Made by a program: the position numbers and the translations under genes. The notes beneath the pieces are model-generated. The model was not told the DNA's origin. It worked only from the letters and a program-made list of their open reading frames with translations, and searched no databases. From Candidatus Magasanikiibacteriota bacterium (GTDB lineage Bacteria; Patescibacteriota; Patescibacteriia; Magasanikbacterales; UBA922), in NCBI GenBank assembly GCA_016193335.1, contig JACPSK010000001.1, positions 343,424 to 407,423 of the forward strand: 64,000 nt of DNA, in the 5' to 3' direction. Below, one piece after another: positions 1-9,769 of this stretch. Positions within the stretch are counted from its first letter, which is position 1. Each line of letters starts with the position of its first letter.

Positions 1-64
1 GACATTTTGGTGCTTTTGGGTGATGACTTCCCTGAAGAATAAACAAGGAGTATAATCCCATCCT

Positions 65-1477
65 ATGCCAAGTCCGTCAAAATTGCATACAGACAATCTG
101 CCTGTTATCGTACTTCTGGGACGCGCCAATGTCGGTAAATCGACCTTGTTTAATACACTCGCGGAAGAGCACAAGGCTCTCGTTTCAAGCGTGGCAGGGA
201 CCACCAGAACAAACAATGAAGCCGATCTGCTATGGCGGGGTATGTATGTGCATCTTATAGACACCGGCGGTCAAGACGCTCTTGAAAATGAACCTTTTGC
301 CAAAGGCATCATAGAGCAAGCTGAGCAGGCCATCAAACGCGCAGACATTATGGTACTTGTGGTAGACGCCCAAGATGGATTACTGCCCCAAGAGAGAGAG
401 CTCGCCAGGTCCATGCAAAAACTATCAAAAAAACAAGGCGCCGAATTGTTTCTGGTCGCCAACAAAGTTGACAACCACCGTGTTGAAAAAAAGGTAGAGG
501 AGGAAAATTGGCAGAACTTGGGCATTGGAGACCCCCTGATGGTTTCCGCGGTGAGCGGCAGAGGCGTCGGTGATTTTCTTGATCATGCGTACAAGCTCAT
601 GAAGAATCGGGAAACACAGCCAAAAAATAAAATAGAACTGCCAAGAGACGACACCATTTCAGTGAGTTTAATCGGCAAACCGAACGTGGGCAAATCTTCA
701 TTATTCAACAAACTTATAGGCCAAGACAAAGTTCTGGTAAGCGATCTGGCGCATACCACCAGAGAACCGCACGATACTTTGGTGGAATATACAGAAGAGG
801 ACGAACAAGCTACCCCTCGTACATGGTTCATCAAGTTTGTAGACACGGCCGGCATACGCAGAAAAGCCAAAGTTTCAGGTTTGCTTGAGAGAGAAGGCAT
901 ACAAAAAAGTATCGAGACCGTAGAGAAATCAGATATCATTCTTCTTGTTCTCGACGGAAGTGAACCCATATCGTCCCAAGATCTACAGCTTGGGGGTCTT
1001 GTGATACGGAGAAACAAAAGCGTTATTATCGTGGTAAATAAATGGGACCTGGCGGCCGAGACAAACGACGCGGAGCGCAAAAAAGTAACGAACATGGTGA
1101 GGTCTTATTTCCCTCATCTCGATTTTGCCCCTATCATGTTTAGCAGCGGAAAAACCGGCTATCGAATTCACAAACTGTTTCCCCTTCTCATAGAAGTGGC
1201 GCAGGCCCGCAAAACGGTTATCAGCAATCACGCCGTGGAGGCCTTCATGGAGCGCATCACGCATGCCCACAAACCGTCCCGAGGCAAAGGCACGAGACAG
1301 CCAAAATTGCTCGGCTTTAAACAAGTACACGCCAATCCCCCCATATTCGAATTGTTTATAAAACATGGGACTTCTTTGCATCGATCATACCTCAATTTCA
1401 TTGAAAGGAAATTGAGGGAAGAACATAACTTTATCGGAGCTCCTATCGTGATAAAAATGACAAAGATCAAAAAATAA
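65..1477 (+). CDS. der: GTPase Der (EngA), ribosome-biogenesis GTPase with two tandem G domains plus a KH-like C-terminal domain
   Basis: Two P-loops (GRANVGKSTLFN at the N-terminus; GKPNVGKSSLFN near aa 200), DTAG motifs and NKxD motifs. The 470-aa length and domain order are typical of Der. Confidence 0.85.
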   Translation: MPSPSKLHTDNLPVIVLLGRANVGKSTLFNTLAEEHKALVSSVAGTTRTNNEADLLWRGMYVHLIDTGGQDALENEPFAKGIIEQAEQAIKRADIMVLVVDAQDGLLPQERELARSMQKLSKKQGAELFLVANKVDNHRVEKKVEEENWQNLGIGDPLMVSAVSGRGVGDFLDHAYKLMKNRETQPKNKIELPRDDTISVSLIGKPNVGKSSLFNKLIGQDKVLVSDLAHTTREPHDTLVEYTEEDEQATPRTWFIKFVDTAGIRRKAKVSGLLEREGIQKSIETVEKSDIILLVLDGSEPISSQDLQLGGLVIRRNKSVIIVVNKWDLAAETNDAERKKVTNMVRSYFPHLDFAPIMFSSGKTGYRIHKLFPLLIEVAQARKTVISNHAVEAFMERITHAHKPSRGKGTRQPKLLGFKQVHANPPIFELFIKHGTSLHRSYLNFIERKLREEHNFIGAPIVIKMTKIKK

Positions 1478-1506
1478 AACCGTTGTAACATCATCCCAAA
1501 CGACCT

Positions 1507-2070
1507 ATGAAACTAGTCATCGGTCTCGGAAATCCGGGCAAACAATACATCAAAACGCGACACAACGCCGGTTTTATATTCCTTGATGCGCTTCATGACA
1601 GCCTGCTCAAAACACAGAGCGTCTCCCGATGGGAATTAAGCAAAAAATTCAACGCCGAAATCGCCGAAGGCACTTTTAAGGGACAAAAAATAATACTCGC
1701 CAAACCAATGACCTTCATGAATTTATCAGGACAAACAGCCCAATTAATAAGTCACTACTACAAACTGAAACCGGCAGATACCATAGTGGCGCATGACGAC
1801 AAAGACCTTAAGCTTGGAGACTGCAAAATACAAACCGATAAAGGGCACGCCGGCCATAATGGCGTGCGTTCGATTATAGAACATCTCGGGACCAAGTCGA
1901 TCACCAGAATTCGCTTGGGCATAGCTCCGGAGAATCCCAAAAAAATTAGAGACAGCTCTGTTTTCGTTTTGTCAAAGTTCGCTCTATTGGAAAAAAAACC
2001 ATTCCAGAGTATGATCAAAAAAGCTGTAGAGCTCAGCTTCGGTTTGCTCCAAGACCAGGCTCATAAATGA
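1507..2070 (+). CDS. pth: Peptidyl-tRNA hydrolase
   Basis: The N-terminus MKLVIGLGNPGKQY..TRHNAGF is the canonical Pth signature; 187 aa. Confidence 0.85.
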   Translation: MKLVIGLGNPGKQYIKTRHNAGFIFLDALHDSLLKTQSVSRWELSKKFNAEIAEGTFKGQKIILAKPMTFMNLSGQTAQLISHYYKLKPADTIVAHDDKDLKLGDCKIQTDKGHAGHNGVRSIIEHLGTKSITRIRLGIAPENPKKIRDSSVFVLSKFALLEKKPFQSMIKKAVELSFGLLQDQAHK

Positions 2071-2111
2071 ATCGTCTTTTAGGAAAGACATATTTTAAAA
2101 AAAATTAATCA

Positions 2112-2140
2112 AAACCCTGTACCTTGGTATCAGGGTTTTT
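2112..2140 (+). terminator. Rho-independent terminator after pth
   Basis: aaaaccctgtacc / ggtatcagggtttttt stem-loop followed by a T-run. Confidence 0.5.
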
Positions 2141-2227
2141 TAATCCCGACCAAAATTCGCTCTCGGTCTCTCTTATTAAGGAGAAAGGACACATGAGACC
2201 AATTATCTTCCTGACAGGGATTTTATT

Positions 2228-3328
2228 TTGATTCAAACACACATGAAAAAAGAAATTCTCTTGTCTTACTTCCCCAAAATATCCTACAAGCGCTACCAAG
2301 ATATTCTCCATTCTTTCCCCAATCTGGAACAAAGCTGGGGAGCGCCTCTCGAGGAACATCTGAAACGTTTAATATGGCCGACAGAAACTGTTTTGGAATT
2401 TTATTACTGGAAACAAAAATTGGAACCAGCCAAAATAGAAGCAACACTCAAGAAAGAAAACATTTACTGCGTAAGCATAGCTGATCCTCTTTATCCCACA
2501 CTTTTAAAACACATACCGGATCCGCCGGTCTGCTTGTTTTCCAAAGGGGATCTTCATATCCAGGCTCCGCCTTTGGCTGTGGTTGGAACACGAAAAAACA
2601 GCAACTACGGCGCCAGGATCACCAAGACCTTGCTTGGAGAACTTTTCAAGGAATATCGTATAACGCTCATAAGCGGCTTGGCTTTTGGCATAGACAGCAT
2701 AGCCCACCAGGTAGCACTCGACACAAAGCAGAAAACCATTGCCGTATTAGGTTCCGGAATAGACCCCAAGAGTTTATACCCAAAAGCCCAAGCAGGCCTT
2801 GCCGAAAATATCTTGCGAAACGAAGGCGCGGTAATCTCTGAATGTCCTCCCGGCACAGAAGCAAGTTTGTTTTCTTTTCCAAAAAGAAATCGTATCATAG
2901 CAGGGATGAGTTTGGGAACGCTGGTAATAGAGGCAGGGAAAAAATCAGGCGCGCTCATTACCGCAGACTGCGCTTTGGAATACAACAGAGAAGTCTTTGC
3001 TGTACCGCAAAACATAGATTCGCCCTCTGCCTGCGGGGTAAATGGATTGATAAAAAAAGGCGCCGTTCCCATACTTTCTGCCGAAGATCTGGCTGAGGCG
3101 CTGAATTTGCGCAAATCCACTCAATATGATAACAATCATAAGGATACCGGTTGTTCTCTCATGGAAAAACAAGTGCTGGAGCTTATCTCCCATGAACCAA
3201 CGCATATAGACCAAATTATACGCCAATCAGACGAAACGAGAGGAAACATAAACGCCGCTCTTAGCATCCTCGAAATCAATGGCCTCATCCGCAACGTCGG
3301 TTCTATGATGTATGAACTCGCCTCTTAG
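2228..3328 (+). CDS. dprA: DNA processing protein DprA (Smf)
   Basis: Rossmann-like core (VVGTRKNSNYG ... GIDSIAHQ ... ISGLAFGID) and a C-terminal winged-helix-like tail; 366 aa. Confidence 0.75.
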   Translation: MIQTHMKKEILLSYFPKISYKRYQDILHSFPNLEQSWGAPLEEHLKRLIWPTETVLEFYYWKQKLEPAKIEATLKKENIYCVSIADPLYPTLLKHIPDPPVCLFSKGDLHIQAPPLAVVGTRKNSNYGARITKTLLGELFKEYRITLISGLAFGIDSIAHQVALDTKQKTIAVLGSGIDPKSLYPKAQAGLAENILRNEGAVISECPPGTEASLFSFPKRNRIIAGMSLGTLVIEAGKKSGALITADCALEYNREVFAVPQNIDSPSACGVNGLIKKGAVPILSAEDLAEALNLRKSTQYDNNHKDTGCSLMEKQVLELISHEPTHIDQIIRQSDETRGNINAALSILEINGLIRNVGSMMYELAS

Positions 3329-4031
3329 GCCTAAAAATAATATGAAACAAAAAACAATTCTTATCACCGGGGCGGCAAAACATTTGGGCGCTCACCTGGC
3401 AAAAACTCTAGGAAAACAAAGCGCCTATCGTCTCGTGCTCCACTATCACAAAAGCGCGGACGCGATCAAAAAAGTGGCCAAGCAAAGCAATGCAGTAGGA
3501 TATTATCAAGCCGATCTCACTCAATTGGATCAAGTAAAAACAATGTTCTCGAAAATAGGCCGGGTGGATATTTTGATCAACACGGTCGGCAACTTCATAT
3601 ACAAACCGCTCAAAGAAACAGGCGCGGAAGAATTGAAAGCAATCATGGAAAACAATCTTCTCTCGGCATGGTATTGCATAAAAGAAGCGCTACCCGGGAT
3701 GCGCAAGCGTAGATTCGGACGCATTATCAACTTCGGCTCAGTAGGATGCGATCAAATCACCGTACGACCTCTCACCACTCCTTATTATATGGCCAAAAGC
3801 TCGCTACTTATGCTTAGCAAATCCCTAGCCAGAGAAGAAACCAAAAATGGCATAAGCATAAATATGATTTCCCCCGGGGTCTTGGCGCATGGTGTTTTGA
3901 ACAATACAAAAGATGTACCCACCATACCGTTTGAATCAGTCGGGAGAACTGTGTTATTCTTACTTGATGAAAAAAATGCTCACCTCAGCGGAGCCCATAT
4001 CGAAGTCAGCGCCGGATGGAGACCGGAGTGA
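3312..4031 (+). CDS. Short-chain dehydrogenase/reductase (SDR) family oxidoreductase
   Basis: N-terminal TGAAKHLG cofactor-binding motif, NNAG-like region, YxxxK (YYMAK), about 239 aa. The start may be the downstream MKQKT. Confidence 0.6.
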   Translation: MNSPLRPKNNMKQKTILITGAAKHLGAHLAKTLGKQSAYRLVLHYHKSADAIKKVAKQSNAVGYYQADLTQLDQVKTMFSKIGRVDILINTVGNFIYKPLKETGAEELKAIMENNLLSAWYCIKEALPGMRKRRFGRIINFGSVGCDQITVRPLTTPYYMAKSSLLMLSKSLAREETKNGISINMISPGVLAHGVLNNTKDVPTIPFESVGRTVLFLLDEKNAHLSGAHIEVSAGWRPE

Positions 4032-4083
4032 ATCCGAATCTATTCCAGCCATAAAGCCCGGCATAAGCTGGGCTTCAAACATT

Positions 4084-5388
4084 ATGACATACGTCCAGGC
4101 CGAACAATACCTATATTCGCTTTCCAATCTTCCACGCGCGGAATACATGAATGATCCGAAAGCCTGCAAAAATTATCTCAAACGCACGCAATCGCTCCTT
4201 AACATATTAGGCAATCCGGAATTATCCACCCCCCATTACGTCCATGTGGCCGGGACGAGCGGCAAAGGATCTCTGTGTCATTTTCTTCACAATATAATGC
4301 GCGCGAACGGCCGCAAAAGCGGTCTCTATGTCACACCGCATCCGACAGAGCTCAACGAACGTTGGCAGATCGGAGGCCGGCACATGTCAAAACAGACTTT
4401 TGCAGATCTCAGCAAAATCATGGAAGCCGCGCTCGATATCTACGTCCAAACAATATCAGAAGACCTGCCCTCATTTTTTGAAGTCACCACAACCATGGGC
4501 TTGTACTGGTTCGCTCGTGAAAAGGTGGAATGGGTCATTTTCGAAACAGGTTGTGGCGGACGCTATGATTCCACCAATGTGATACCCTACAAAGACGCGG
4601 CAGTCATCACCAATATTGGCCTGGATCACACCGACATATTGGGAACTAATTTAACTGAAATCGCCAAAGAAAAAGCCGGCATCATCCGCAAAACCAAGCT
4701 TGTCATAACCCAAGAGCAAAATCCGCGACTCCTAAAAATCATCCAAGAAGCATCAGGAAAAAATAAATTCATCCATTCAAAACCTCAATATGAACTATAC
4801 GAGCATAGTATATACGGCAGCGAATTCGCATACAGAGGAACGCATTATCGTATAAAGGCAGCCGGTGGACACCAGATAAAAAACGCCATTCTCGCGATAG
4901 AAACGGCAGAAGCCCTCGGGATAAAAAATCAAGATATCAAACGCGGTCTTGGCCAGACGCGATTTCCCATACGCATGGAGCCGATATCAAAAAATCCCCT
5001 CATCATACTGGATTCCGCTCATAATCCCGACAAGATGAAGACTACCGTAGAGACCATGCTTTCTCTCTTTGATCCAAAACGAAATAATATACATCTCTTG
5101 TTGGGTTTTTCTGAGAATAAACCAGTAAACCAAATGCTCGGTGAACTTGCCCTTTTAAAACCCAAACAAATAACAGCCACCCGTAATTCTTGCCATGCTT
5201 TTCGAAAAGTGGCAGACCCGCGCTCTGTAGCGAAACTATTGAAATTTTACGCACCTAAAATTAAAATAGACATCTTTCTCGAGCCTTTCAAAGCGCTTGA
5301 ACACGCGAAGTCAAAGCTCAAAAAGTCTGATATCTTGCTCATCACCGGCTCAGTATTTCTAAGCGGTCAACTGCGTCCGCGATTTTGA
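4084..5388 (+). CDS. folC: Folylpolyglutamate synthase / dihydrofolate synthase (Mur-ligase family)
   Basis: P-loop HVAGTSGKGS, Mur-ligase central and C-terminal domains. The long ORF from 3913 overlaps the SDR gene; the ATG at 4084 gives a 435-aa product, typical for FolC. Confidence 0.6.
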   Translation: MTYVQAEQYLYSLSNLPRAEYMNDPKACKNYLKRTQSLLNILGNPELSTPHYVHVAGTSGKGSLCHFLHNIMRANGRKSGLYVTPHPTELNERWQIGGRHMSKQTFADLSKIMEAALDIYVQTISEDLPSFFEVTTTMGLYWFAREKVEWVIFETGCGGRYDSTNVIPYKDAAVITNIGLDHTDILGTNLTEIAKEKAGIIRKTKLVITQEQNPRLLKIIQEASGKNKFIHSKPQYELYEHSIYGSEFAYRGTHYRIKAAGGHQIKNAILAIETAEALGIKNQDIKRGLGQTRFPIRMEPISKNPLIILDSAHNPDKMKTTVETMLSLFDPKRNNIHLLLGFSENKPVNQMLGELALLKPKQITATRNSCHAFRKVADPRSVAKLLKFYAPKIKIDIFLEPFKALEHAKSKLKKSDILLITGSVFLSGQLRPRF

Positions 5389-5433
5389 CTGAAACTTGAC
5401 ATCAGGCTCAATCTTATTTATGCTGTTGGCCAT

Positions 5434-7734
5434 ATGCCCAAAACCTTGGTGATCGTGGAATCACCCACAAAAGCGAAAACAATTTCAAAATTCCTCGGCT
5501 CAGAATTCTTGGTCGAATCTTCTTTGGGACATATTAGGGATCTGCCAAAAAGTAAAATGGGAGTCAACACCGAAGACGGCAGTTTCGAGCCTCAATATGT
5601 GATACCGCGCGACAAATCAAAGCATGTCAAAAAATTAAAAGAACTGGCCATCAAAAGCAAGGGCGTGATATTCGCGACTGATGAGGACCGAGAAGGGGAA
5701 GCCATCAGCTGGCACCTGGCCGAAGTCTTGGACATCCCCCTCAAGGAAGCCAAAAGAATCGTATTTCACGAAATCACTAAACACGCTATACAAGAAGCCC
5801 TCAAAGAGCCGAGATCCATAAACCAGCCTCTCGTGGATGCTCAGCAGGCCCGCCGCGTTCTGGACCGCTTGGTGGGATATGAACTTTCTCCTTTGTTATG
5901 GAAAAAAATCGCCCGAGGCTTGTCTGCGGGTAGAGTCCAATCGGTGGCCCTGCGCCTTATCGTAGAGAGAGAGCGAGAAATCCGCGCCTTTAAGAGTGAA
6001 GAATTTTGGAGTCTTGAGGGAATTTTTGCTCCCCTGTCTCTGTCTGGAACTTCCGCAAAGGAAGAGGAAAAATTCACAGCGGCTCTATACAGCGTGAAAG
6101 AAAAAAAACTTGATAAATTGGGCCTTCGCCGTGAGGAAGAAGTACAAAACATTATTTCAGATCTTGAAAATTGCGCGTATCATGTCGGGGAAATAGAAAA
6201 AAAGGAAACAAAACGAAACCCCCCTCCCCCCTTCCGGACTTCTACCCTGCAACAACAGGCAAACCAAAAATTCGGCTTTTCCTCAAAACAGACCATGCGT
6301 CTGGCTCAACAATTGTACGAAGGAATAGAACTCGGATCCGAAGGCCATGTCGGACTTATCACCTACATGAGAACCGATTCCACCAATTTGTCTTCAAAAT
6401 TTTTGAATGAAGCCTCTCAATATATCCAAAAAACATACGGGGCTTCATACAGCCTCGAGAGTCCGCGATTCTACAAGTCCACTGCCAAAGGGGCACAAGA
6501 GGCTCACGAAGCCATACGTCCAAGCGAACCCGAGAGAAGTCCGGAATCAATCCGCGCGCATCTTGAACCAAACCAATTCAAATTATATTCCCTTATCTGG
6601 AAAAGGGCCTTGGCCACTCAAATGTCTGAAGCGCGGCTCAATAAAACAAGTGTGGATGTAAAGGCAAAACAGTACCTGTTCAAAGCACATGGGCAGACTA
6701 TGATATTCGACGGCTGGCTCGCTCTGTATCCAGAAGCGATAAAAGAAGAATTACTGCCAGAATTGACTCAGGGAGAAGAGCTACGCTGTCTTGACTTAAA
6801 AAAAGAACAGCATTTTACTCAGCCGCCTGCTCGCTATTCAGACGCCACCTTGGTAAAAATACTCGAAGAGTACGGCATAGGCAGACCTTCCACCTACGCG
6901 CCCACCATATCCACCATAGAAGCCCGCAATTATGTGGAACGAGACGAAAATAAACGTCTCAAACCCCTCGATATAGCGGAAGTGGTAAACGACATGTTGG
7001 TAGAACATTTCCCAAACATAGTGGATTACCATTTTACGGCCCAAATGGAGGAAAATCTGGACGCCATAGCGGAAGGCACAAAACAATGGCGCCCCGTATT
7101 GTCGGACTTTTATAAGCCCTTCCATGAGCATATCGTAGAAAAAACCAAATCACTCTCCAAAGAAGACATGCTACAAGCAAGAGAATTGGGTCAAGATCCT
7201 GTGACAGGAAAACCGATTTACGCCCGCATTGGACGCTTCGGTCCTTTTGTCCAAAAAGGCTCGAAAGAAGACGAAGAGAAACCCACTTTCGCTTCCTTGC
7301 CAAAGGGAGTATCACTGCAGACCGTTACTTTGGAAGAAGCTCTTAAATTTCTAAGCCTGCCAAAAATACTAGGGCAGGATTCTGAAGGAAACGATCTTAC
7401 GGTAGGTATCGGGCGCTTCGGGCCCTATATAAAATGCCAATCTTCTTTTTACTCAATAAAAAATGCGGATCCTTATCATATCAATCTGGAAAATGCTCTG
7501 GAACTTATCCGAGAAAAACGAGAAGAAGAAACAAAAAAAATCATAGCAGTGTTTAAAGAAGAAAATATACAAATTCTAAACGGCAGATATGGCCCCTATG
7601 TGACCGATGGCTTAAAAAACGCCAGAATCCCAAAAGATACAGACCCTCTCTCACTCGGGCTAGATGACTGCAAAAAAATGCTCAGCACTGCCAAAGAGAA
7701 AAGAGGCAGAAGGAAAAAAATCAAAACTTCCTAA
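5434..7734 (+). CDS. topA: DNA topoisomerase I
   Basis: TOPRIM N-terminus (TLVIVESPTKAKTISKFLG), an active-site Tyr region, and a C-terminus with repeated GRFGPF/GRFGPY/GRYGPY motifs (Topo-I C-terminal repeats without zinc ribbons). Confidence 0.85.
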   Translation: MPKTLVIVESPTKAKTISKFLGSEFLVESSLGHIRDLPKSKMGVNTEDGSFEPQYVIPRDKSKHVKKLKELAIKSKGVIFATDEDREGEAISWHLAEVLDIPLKEAKRIVFHEITKHAIQEALKEPRSINQPLVDAQQARRVLDRLVGYELSPLLWKKIARGLSAGRVQSVALRLIVEREREIRAFKSEEFWSLEGIFAPLSLSGTSAKEEEKFTAALYSVKEKKLDKLGLRREEEVQNIISDLENCAYHVGEIEKKETKRNPPPPFRTSTLQQQANQKFGFSSKQTMRLAQQLYEGIELGSEGHVGLITYMRTDSTNLSSKFLNEASQYIQKTYGASYSLESPRFYKSTAKGAQEAHEAIRPSEPERSPESIRAHLEPNQFKLYSLIWKRALATQMSEARLNKTSVDVKAKQYLFKAHGQTMIFDGWLALYPEAIKEELLPELTQGEELRCLDLKKEQHFTQPPARYSDATLVKILEEYGIGRPSTYAPTISTIEARNYVERDENKRLKPLDIAEVVNDMLVEHFPNIVDYHFTAQMEENLDAIAEGTKQWRPVLSDFYKPFHEHIVEKTKSLSKEDMLQARELGQDPVTGKPIYARIGRFGPFVQKGSKEDEEKPTFASLPKGVSLQTVTLEEALKFLSLPKILGQDSEGNDLTVGIGRFGPYIKCQSSFYSIKNADPYHINLENALELIREKREEETKKIIAVFKEENIQILNGRYGPYVTDGLKNARIPKDTDPLSLGLDDCKKMLSTAKEKRGRRKKIKTS

Positions 7735-7754
7735 AGTGAAACCCAACGGCAAAA

Positions 7755-7849
7755 TTCAGGAGTATTATGTTTTTTTATAGGGTTATCTGTCTGAGCCCGG
7801 CCAAAGTCGGGCGAGTAATGACCCTGTAAAAAAACATAATACTCCTGAA
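7755..7849. repeat. Perfect 29-bp inverted repeat (hairpin with a 36-nt loop) immediately downstream of topA
   Basis: Left arm 7755-7784 (ttcaggagtattatgtttttttatagggtt) and right arm 7821-7849 (accctgtaaaaaaacataatactcctgaa) are reverse complements apart from one G:U position. The loop contains a smaller gcccgg/cgggc hairpin. Confidence 0.6.
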
Positions 7850-7931
7850 TTTCTGCCAATATAAAAACCCGTGCGCCTTAAACAGCGGACGGATTTTTAT
7901 ATGTGGCAAGGGAGATAACCTCAATGCCTAT

Positions 7932-8094
7932 GGTGATGTTAAGGTCCTCCACTCGCCACGAGGAGCAGTATAACAAATGTTTTCGAAAATGCAATACAGG
8001 GGAAACTCTATTTTTTACCTAAAATATAAGAAAACCCCGGTCCGAAACGGACTGGGGTTTCCTCTAAGCGTTTAGGCTGTTACCTTAACATCAC
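7932..8094. ncRNA. Candidate structured small RNA in the topA-relA intergenic region (475 bp without an ORF)
   Basis: A 13-bp long-range pairing (ggtgatgttaagg at 7932-7944 with ccttaacatcacc... at 8082-8094) closes a domain that contains the hairpin ccccggtccg-aaa-cggactgggg (8035-8057) and ctcct/aggag pairings. No conserved family motif could be matched by eye. Confidence 0.3.
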
Positions 8095-8209
8095 TGTGGC
8101 CCACTATAGCATAGTTTATCATATTTGTCAAGGTGGCTAAAACATGATACTTTACCAAAGATAAGATGCCTAAATTAGGTCTAAAATAGAGCCGTAGCGA
8201 GGTCTTTTT

Positions 8210-9709
8210 ATGACAAAAGGAAATAAAAAAAATATAGAGGGTCTCTTAAAAAAAATCAAAGCATACCATCCGGAAGCAGATCTGGACATGGTTCGCCTTG
8301 CTTATGATTTTGCCTTTGAAGCTCACAAAGGACAAATGCGAAAATCCGGAGAGCCATACATAGTACATCCTCTGTCCGCGGCCCATTACTTGGCAGACGT
8401 AAAAATAGACCCCACCATCATCATTGCCACCCTTCTGCACGACGTGCCAGAAGATACTCATGTTACTCTTGACGAAATCAAACAGAACTTCGGAGAAGAA
8501 ATAGCCTCATTAGTCCGCGGAATCACCAAACTCGGCAAACTCAAATATCGAGGCGTGGAGCGTTATATAGAAAACCTGCGCAAAATGTTTGTAGCCATGG
8601 CTGAGGATGTGCGGGTCATGATCATAAAATTCGCGGATCGAATTCACAACCTCAGCACTTTGGCCGCCCTTCCTCCTCAAAAAAGATACAGGATAGCCCT
8701 CGAAAGCTTGGAAATTTACGCCCCGATTGCCAATCGCCTTGGCATGGACGAAATGAGAGGAGAGTTGGAAGATTTGTCTTTTCAATACGTATATCCAAAA
8801 GAATACCAGAGGATAAAAAAAATCAGAGAAGAAAAACTCAAAGGCAAAGAACAGTACTTTAAAAAAATCATTGGAAAAGCCGAACAAGAACTGCAAAAAG
8901 CCAAATTAAAACCCATTTCCATCTACGGAAGAAACAAACGTCTCTACAGTTTATACCAAAAACTATTAAGAAAAGACAACCAAATCGCCAAAATTTACGA
9001 CCTGGTGGCGATACGAATTATCGTGCCCACCGTGGCTGATTGTTACGCTACGCTTGGCATTCTGCACAATCTATGGAAACCGGTGAAAGGCCGTATAAAA
9101 GACTATATATCCCAGCCCAAACCCAATGGCTATCAATCCTTGCACACCACGGTATTTGGAGATGGGGGCGAAGTCATCGAATTTCAAATACGCACTCCGC
9201 AGATGCATGAAGAAGCCGAATACGGAGTATCGGCCCATTGGCACTACGATGAATACGGAGAACGTCTGCCCAAAAAGGAAATAAAATGGGCGCAGGAATT
9301 GGCCGACATTCAAAAAGACATCCTCAACCGTCTATCCGATCTTGAGGAGATGAAAGTGGACTTTCTGCAGACACGCATTTTCGTGTTTACGCCAAAAGGA
9401 GACGTGATAGACCTGCCGGAAGGCGCGAGTCCTGTGGATTTTGCGTACCACATACACACTGAAATCGGCAATAAATGCACAGGCTCTATGATAAACGACA
9501 AATTATTGCCGCTCAGCACTCCTCTCAAAAATGGCGACGTGGTGGATATTGTAACCGACAAAAACAGAAAAGGACCAAGCCAAGATTGGCTTAACTTTGT
9601 AAAAACCCATACTGCCCGCTACCATATTAAAACACAGCTCAAACAACAAGAACGGACAGCTCTTACCAGATGGCTTAAATCAGTATTACCAGGTAAAAAA
9701 AAGGGCTGA
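8210..9709 (+). CDS. rel: Bifunctional (p)ppGpp synthetase/hydrolase (RelA/SpoT homolog), short form
   Basis: HD hydrolase domain (HDVPEDT), synthetase domain (RIKDYISQPKPNGYQSLHTTV), and a TGS domain at the C-terminus. The 499-aa protein lacks the distal regulatory (ACT/RRM) domains. Confidence 0.8.
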   Translation: MTKGNKKNIEGLLKKIKAYHPEADLDMVRLAYDFAFEAHKGQMRKSGEPYIVHPLSAAHYLADVKIDPTIIIATLLHDVPEDTHVTLDEIKQNFGEEIASLVRGITKLGKLKYRGVERYIENLRKMFVAMAEDVRVMIIKFADRIHNLSTLAALPPQKRYRIALESLEIYAPIANRLGMDEMRGELEDLSFQYVYPKEYQRIKKIREEKLKGKEQYFKKIIGKAEQELQKAKLKPISIYGRNKRLYSLYQKLLRKDNQIAKIYDLVAIRIIVPTVADCYATLGILHNLWKPVKGRIKDYISQPKPNGYQSLHTTVFGDGGEVIEFQIRTPQMHEEAEYGVSAHWHYDEYGERLPKKEIKWAQELADIQKDILNRLSDLEEMKVDFLQTRIFVFTPKGDVIDLPEGASPVDFAYHIHTEIGNKCTGSMINDKLLPLSTPLKNGDVVDIVTDKNRKGPSQDWLNFVKTHTARYHIKTQLKQQERTALTRWLKSVLPGKKKG

Positions 9710-9769
9710 CACAAAAGGGCCAGACCCGGGCTTCACATATTCTGCGATATCAAACAGCACCAAAATGTT

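Noticed and set aside
583-1381. Antisense ORFs of 132-170 aa inside der (583-1095 minus, 983-1381 minus), and similar antisense ORFs inside the giant gene (e.g. 22766-23410 plus, 26141-26941 plus), the GT genes and zwf-gnd
   Set aside because: They lie wholly inside strongly supported genes on the opposite strand. They have no motifs and have low-complexity translations typical of shadow ORFs.
3913-4083. Upstream extension of the folC ORF starting at 3913
   Set aside because: It overlaps the 3' third of the SDR gene in another frame. The ATG at 4084 gives a FolC of typical length (435 aa).
7755-7849. 29-bp inverted repeat as terminal repeats of an insertion sequence
   Set aside because: The arms are only 36 nt apart with no coding capacity between them, so it is a hairpin rather than a mobile element.
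7860-8200. tmRNA, SRP RNA or 6S RNA identity for the topA-relA structured region
   Set aside because: I could not find the tmRNA 3' tRNA-like end (…GGTTCGA…CCA with the alanine acceptor), or the SRP domain-IV motif. The 6S-like possibility remains open but is unproven, so it is reported only as a candidate ncRNA.
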